Both the position numbers and the translations under genes were made by a program. Below are positions 57,770 to 64,000 of a DNA stretch of 64,000 nt, piece by piece. Position 1 is the first letter of the stretch. Each line of letters starts with the position of its first letter. The notes below the pieces were generated by a model that saw only the letters and a list, made by a program, of their open reading frames with translations, was not told the DNA's origin and did no database searches. Origin of the DNA: Anaeromyxobacteraceae bacterium (GTDB taxonomy: Bacteria > Myxococcota > Myxococcia > Myxococcales > Anaeromyxobacteraceae); NCBI GenBank assembly GCA_047602405.1, contig JASGHJ010000002.1:2080001-2144000 (forward strand), written 5' to 3'.

Positions 57770-59007
57770 GCCTCGCGGTCCTCCTCCCCGCGGTCACCCT
57801 CGCCCACGAGGGCGAGGTCCACGCCGCCGCGGCCCGCACCTCCTCCGCGGTGGAGGGCCTCGCCCTCGCGGTGCTCGCGGCCGCGGGGCTCCTCTACCTC
57901 GCCGGGCTGCGCGCGCGCTGGCGCGCGCGGACCGCGGGGCACACCGCCCTCGCGCTCGAGGGGCTCGCGTACGGCGCCGGGCTCGTCGCCCTCGCGGCGG
58001 CGCTCGCCCCGCCGCTCGACCGGGCCGCCGCGGCGGGCTTCGCCGCGCACATGGCCCAGCACCAGCTGCTGCTCCTCGTCGCGCCGCCGCTCCTCGTCCT
58101 CGGCCGCCCGCACCTCGCCGCGCTCGCCGCGCTGCGGCCTGGCCCCCGGCTGCGCCTCGCGGCGCTGCTCCGGCGCCCCGCGGTCCGCGGCCCCTGGCGC
58201 GTCCTCGCGTCGGCGCCCGGCGCCGCCGCGCTGCACGCCGGGGCGCTCTGGCTCTGGCACGCGCCGGAGGCCTGGGGCCTCGCGCTCGCGCACCCCTGGC
58301 TGCACGGGGTGCAGCACCTCACGTTCTTCGCGACGGCGCTCCTCTTCTGGTGGGCCATGATCCTCGGGCGCTTCGGCCGCGCCGGCTACGGAGCCGCGGT
58401 CGTCTACGTCTTCGCGACCGCCGTCCACACCGGGGCGCTCGGCGCGCTCCTCACCTTCGCGCGGGCGCCCTGGTACCCCGACAACGCCGGCGCCCGCGAC
58501 GCCGCCGCGACGCTCGCCGACCAGCAACTCGGAGGGCTCGTCATGTGGATCCCGTCCGGCCTCTACCTCACGCTCCTCGGGCTCGCGCTGCTCGCGGCCT
58601 GGCTCGGCGACCTCGAGCGCCGGGCCTCCCGGGCGCCGCTCGCGCTGCTCCTCGCGGCCGTCCTCGGCACCGCCGCGGGGTGCACGGGCACCGGGCGCGC
58701 CCAGGACGAGGCCCGGCGGCTGACCGGAGGCGACCCGGAGCGCGGCCGGGCGGCGCTGCGCGGCCGCGGCTGCGTCGCGTGCCACACCGTGCCCGGGGTC
58801 CCTGGCGCCGGGAAGGTCGGGCCGTCACTCCAGGGCCTCGCGACCCGCAGCTACCTCGCCGGTCGCCTGCCGAACACGCCGGGCAACCTCGTCCGCTGGA
58901 TCCGGACGCCGCGGGAGGTGGATCCCCGGACCGCGATGCCGGACCTCGGCGTGGGCGAGGCCGAGGCGCGCGACATCGCGGCCTACCTCTACTCCCTGCG
59001 CGAGTGA
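57754..59007 (+). CDS. Caa3-type CtaG assembly factor fused to a C-terminal cytochrome c
   Basis: AHMAQH...APPLLVLG...WLWHAP...QH...DQQLGGLVMWIP, then GDPERG...CVACH...VGPSL...AMP. Confidence 0.85.
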   Translation: MRRLLSLAVLLPAVTLAHEGEVHAAAARTSSAVEGLALAVLAAAGLLYLAGLRARWRARTAGHTALALEGLAYGAGLVALAAALAPPLDRAAAAGFAAHMAQHQLLLLVAPPLLVLGRPHLAALAALRPGPRLRLAALLRRPAVRGPWRVLASAPGAAALHAGALWLWHAPEAWGLALAHPWLHGVQHLTFFATALLFWWAMILGRFGRAGYGAAVVYVFATAVHTGALGALLTFARAPWYPDNAGARDAAATLADQQLGGLVMWIPSGLYLTLLGLALLAAWLGDLERRASRAPLALLLAAVLGTAAGCTGTGRAQDEARRLTGGDPERGRAALRGRGCVACHTVPGVPGAGKVGPSLQGLATRSYLAGRLPNTPGNLVRWIRTPREVDPRTAMPDLGVGEAEARDIAAYLYSLRE

Positions 59008-60020
59008 GCCTTCGCGCTGGCCGCGGGCGCGACCGAGACGCCCCAGGGCGACCGGCCCGCCGCCACCCGCCGCAGCACCGCGCCGCTGCCCGCGTCCAGC
59101 ACCGCGACGTCGTCGGAGGGTCCGCCCGCCACGTACAGCTTCTTCCCGTCGGGCGTGACCGCGATGCCCCACGGACGCGCCCCCACGTCGCGGACCGTCC
59201 GCAGCACCGCACGCCGCGCGAGGTCGACGAACGCCACCCCGCCGCCGCGGCCGGTGGCGACGTAGAGGGTCCCGCCGTCCGGCGAGACCGCGAGCCCCAT
59301 CGGGCGCGCCGGCGGCGGGAGCGCGACGTCGCCGAGCGCCTGGCGTGCGCCGGCGTCGATCACCGTGACGGAGCCGCCGTTCTCCGCGCTGACGAGCGCG
59401 AGCCGACCCCCGGGCCCGAAGACGACGGCCCGCGGGCGCGCCCCGGTGCGGATGCGCGCGAGCTCGTGCCGGGACGCGACGTCCAGCACCGCGACGTGGT
59501 CGCCCGCCTCGCTGGTGACCCAGACCGTCTTCCCGTCGGGCGCCGTCGTGACGCCCTCCGGCTCCTCGCCGACCGGCACCGAGCCGAGCGCGCGCCCCCG
59601 GGCGACGTCCACGAAGGTCGCCTCGCCGGTCTCCTCGTTCGAGACCACGAGCACGCCATCCGCGGCGAGGTCGAACGCCTCCGGATCCCGTCCCGCCGCG
59701 ATCGTCCGCAGGAGCCGGCGGGAGGCGAGATCCACCACGGCGATGCCGTCCGCGGCGCGGTCGGCCGCGGCGACGCCCGGGGCGCCGCCGCCCGGCCTCG
59801 ACGGCGGCGAGCCGGACACCGCGACGTACGCGAGCTTCCCGTCCGGCGAGACCCTCACCCCACGCGGCCGCCTCCCGACCGGCACGGTCGCGACGACCGC
59901 GTCCGTGGCGGTGTCGATGAGGGTCACGTCCCCCGAGCCCTCGTTCGTGACGACCGCGAGCGGTGAGGGACTCGGAGCCGCGAGGACGAGCGCGACGACG
60001 AAGGAGAGCAGGAACGACAT
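58989..60020 (-). CDS. exported YVTN beta-propeller protein (PQQ-catabolism-associated type)
   Basis: VVTNEGSGDVTLID...VGRRPRG...DPEAFD...VSNEE...EPEGV...SPDG repeats. Confidence 0.85.
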   Translation of the reverse strand: MSFLLSFVVALVLAAPSPSPLAVVTNEGSGDVTLIDTATDAVVATVPVGRRPRGVRVSPDGKLAYVAVSGSPPSRPGGGAPGVAAADRAADGIAVVDLASRRLLRTIAAGRDPEAFDLAADGVLVVSNEETGEATFVDVARGRALGSVPVGEEPEGVTTAPDGKTVWVTSEAGDHVAVLDVASRHELARIRTGARPRAVVFGPGGRLALVSAENGGSVTVIDAGARQALGDVALPPPARPMGLAVSPDGGTLYVATGRGGGVAFVDLARRAVLRTVRDVGARPWGIAVTPDGKKLYVAGGPSDDVAVLDAGSGAVLRRVAAGRSPWGVSVAPAASAKAHSRRE

Positions 60021-60137
60021 CGCGGGGCCTCCCTGGCAGTCGCAAGGTGGAGGTGGACCGGCCCTGCGGCCAGGCGCCCCCCGGGGTGGCCGTCAGGGGC
60101 CTTCCACCCGACCGGGAAGCCGGGCATCTCTACCGGG

Positions 60138-62183
60138 GTGTTCGTCCCCGTCCTGGTCACCGCGGTCGCGCTGTCGGCCGCTCCCGAGGGCGAGCCGGTC
60201 GAGCCGGCCGTGCTGCCCGAGCAGGTGGTCGTCACGGGCACCCGCTCGCCGCGCCCCACCTCTTCCCTGCCCACCACCGTCGAGGTGCTGGAGGGCGAGG
60301 CCGTGCGGGGCTCCGGGGCCACCACCGCGGACGCGGCCCTGCGCCAGGTGCCCTCGTTCCAGACCTTCCGCCGGTCCTCGAGCCTCGCGGCGGACCCCTC
60401 GTCGCAGGGGCTCGCGCTCCGCGGCGTCGGCCCCTCCGCGGTCTCCCGCGCGCTGCTCCTCGACGACGGGGTCCCCGCGAACGATCCGTTCGGCGGCTGG
60501 GTCGCCTGGCGCTCCGTGCCGCGGCTCGGGCTCGACCGCGTGGAGGTCGCCCCGGGCGGCGCCTCGGCGCTCTACGGGAGCCAGGCGCTCGGCGGCGTGG
60601 TGGCCCTCGTGCCGCGGCCCATTCCCGAGGGCGCCACCCTCGAGGCCGAGTCGTCGGGCGGCGCGCTCGGCACCGCCGCCGGCGCGCTCCTCGGCACGGC
60701 GCGCGCCGGGCCGCTCGGAGTCTCCCTCGAGGGCGATGCGCTCAGGACCGACGGCTACCGGGTGGTCGCGCCGGCGTCGGCGGGGGCCATCGACGGGCGC
60801 GCGGGCGCGGACCACGCGACCGGGACGCTCCGCCTGCGCTGGGACGCGGCGCCGGACCTCGCGGTGACCGCCGGCGCGGGCGCCTTCGCCGAGGACCAGG
60901 ACGGCGGCACCCGCTACACGCGCAGCGCCGCGCGCGCCCTCACCGGCCGGCTCGGCGCGGTGTGGTCCGGCGAGGCCGGCCGGCTCGAGGCGCTCGGGTG
61001 GGTGGCCGGCCGGACCTTCACCCAGGACCGCACGCGCGCGCTCGCCGGGCGCAGCGACGAGGAGCTGGCGGCGCGGCAGCGGGTCCCGTCGCGCGATCTC
61101 GGCGGCTCGCTCGTGCTCGCGCCCTCCACGGGTGGCGGCCACGCGCCCGCGGTCGGGCTGGACGTGCGGCGCGTGTCCGGGGAGGCGGGCGAGGACGTCT
61201 TCCCGGCGGCGGGCGCGCCGTCCACGGCGACCGTCCGACGCGACGCGCGGGGCGCGCAGGTGCTCGCGGGCGTGTTCGCGGAGGACGCGCTGCGGCTCGG
61301 GGAGGCGCTCGAGGTCGCGGCCGCGCTCCGGCTCGACGCCTGGCGCAACGCGCCCGCCACGACCTCGCGCACCGCCGCGGACGGCACGGTCGAGACCACC
61401 CGGCACGCCTCGCGGGCGGACGCGCAGCTCTCCCCGCGGCTCGCGGTGCGCTACCGGCCCCACCCGGCGCTCACGCTGCGCGCCTCGGCCTACCGCGCCT
61501 TCCGGGCGCCGACGCTGAACGAGCTCTACCGGACGTTCCAGGTGGGGACGATCGTCACCGCGCCCGAGCCCGCCCTGCGGGCCGAGACGCTCACCGGCGC
61601 CGAGGCCGGGCCGGAGCTGCGGCTCCCCGGGGCGCTCCGCGCCCGCCTCACCGGCTGGTGGAGCGTGCTCGACGATCCCGCGACCATCGTGACGCTCGCG
61701 GCGCCACTGCCGGACGGCGCGACCCGCCAGCGCGCGAACCTCGGGCGGCTGCGGATCCGCGGGCTCGAGTCCTCGCTCGCGTGGGGCGAGGCGGGGCCGC
61801 TCGCGGCCTCGGTCGCGTACACGCTCGCCGACGCCCGCGTGGTCTCCGCGCCGGGCCACGAGGAGCTCGTGGGCTCGAGGCCGCCGCAGGATCCGGTGCA
61901 CCGCGTGGCGGGGAGCGTCCGCGCGGGGGTGGGCCGCGTGCGCGGGCAGGTCGACGTCGCCTGGAGCTCCGGGCAGTGGGAGGACGACCGGAACACGCTC
62001 AGGATCGCGGGCGCGGCGGTCGTGGACGCGTCCGTGGCCGTGCGGGTGGGCGGCGGAATGGAGCTGTTTGGAGCGGCGGAGAACCTGCTCGACCGCAGGT
62101 ACCTCGTCGGACGCGCGGGGATCGATACGGTGGGGGCGCCGAGGTTGATCCGGGTGGGGTTGAGGATCGTGGCTGGAAGGTGA
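60138..62183 (+). CDS. TonB-dependent receptor
   Basis: TonB box EQVVVTGTR, plug LRGVG...DGVP.ND...SALYGS, AFRAPTLNELYR, ENLLDRRY, GAPR. Confidence 0.92.
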   Translation: MFVPVLVTAVALSAAPEGEPVEPAVLPEQVVVTGTRSPRPTSSLPTTVEVLEGEAVRGSGATTADAALRQVPSFQTFRRSSSLAADPSSQGLALRGVGPSAVSRALLLDDGVPANDPFGGWVAWRSVPRLGLDRVEVAPGGASALYGSQALGGVVALVPRPIPEGATLEAESSGGALGTAAGALLGTARAGPLGVSLEGDALRTDGYRVVAPASAGAIDGRAGADHATGTLRLRWDAAPDLAVTAGAGAFAEDQDGGTRYTRSAARALTGRLGAVWSGEAGRLEALGWVAGRTFTQDRTRALAGRSDEELAARQRVPSRDLGGSLVLAPSTGGGHAPAVGLDVRRVSGEAGEDVFPAAGAPSTATVRRDARGAQVLAGVFAEDALRLGEALEVAAALRLDAWRNAPATTSRTAADGTVETTRHASRADAQLSPRLAVRYRPHPALTLRASAYRAFRAPTLNELYRTFQVGTIVTAPEPALRAETLTGAEAGPELRLPGALRARLTGWWSVLDDPATIVTLAAPLPDGATRQRANLGRLRIRGLESSLAWGEAGPLAASVAYTLADARVVSAPGHEELVGSRPPQDPVHRVAGSVRAGVGRVRGQVDVAWSSGQWEDDRNTLRIAGAAVVDASVAVRVGGGMELFGAAENLLDRRYLVGRAGIDTVGAPRLIRVGLRIVAGR

Positions 62184-62190
62184 AATGAAT

Positions 62191-62220
62191 CGGGCCGTGC
62201 TCGACGAGCACGGCCCGTTT
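62191..62220 (+). terminator. hairpin terminator after the receptor gene
   Basis: CGGGCCGTGCTC/GAGCACGGCCCG stem then TTT. Confidence 0.6.
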
Positions 62221-62241
62221 CACCCAAACTCCCCCACAGGC

Positions 62242-62266
62242 GTCACGCCTCCTTCGGAGGCGTGAC
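62242..62266. terminator. hairpin just downstream of the M2 peptidase stop
   Basis: GTCACGCCTCC-TTC-GGAGGCGTGAC perfect stem, no clear U tract. Confidence 0.45.
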
Positions 62267-62269
62267 AGC

Positions 62270-64000
<1,731 letters not shown>

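Overview
Very GC-rich bacterial DNA; gene content and style fit an Anaeromyxobacter-like member of Myxococcota (inference). The left ~35 kb is an extracellular electron transfer island. It holds an OmcS-like hexaheme nanowire cytochrome with its companion genes (NHL propeller, YVTN propeller, outer-membrane barrel, two CsgG/LpoB-like proteins, PPIase), a 35-heme-motif lipoprotein cytochrome, and a split CbcL-like 9-heme c plus b-type cytochrome pair. A GT-C glycosylation set is interleaved: GtrB-like GT2, a PIG-V-like transferase, three TMTC-like TPR proteins and one lower-GC GT-C. It also holds an uncharacterised sigma54-controlled operon in which HybA/HmcB- and HybB/HmcC-like subunits and a triheme c7 cytochrome sit beside two membrane-anchored glycine-cleavage-H-fold proteins lacking the lipoyl lysine. 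That operon lies next to a heme-motif histidine kinase, an archaemetzincin and an enhancer-binding protein. Three sigma54 promoters share an upstream TGGG-N8-CCCA palindrome. The right ~29 kb holds purU, terC/nhaR-like genes, htpX, an RND efflux plus ExbBD-TonB-receptor run, and csbD. It continues with a lanthanide-type (D-x-D) PQQ dehydrogenase operon joined to an A-family oxidase with altered proton channels, a second TonB receptor, and an M2 (ACE-like) peptidase. Nine of the ten frameshifts found are +1 insertions at AGATC/GATCT, which points to modification-linked sequencing error rather than true pseudogenes.
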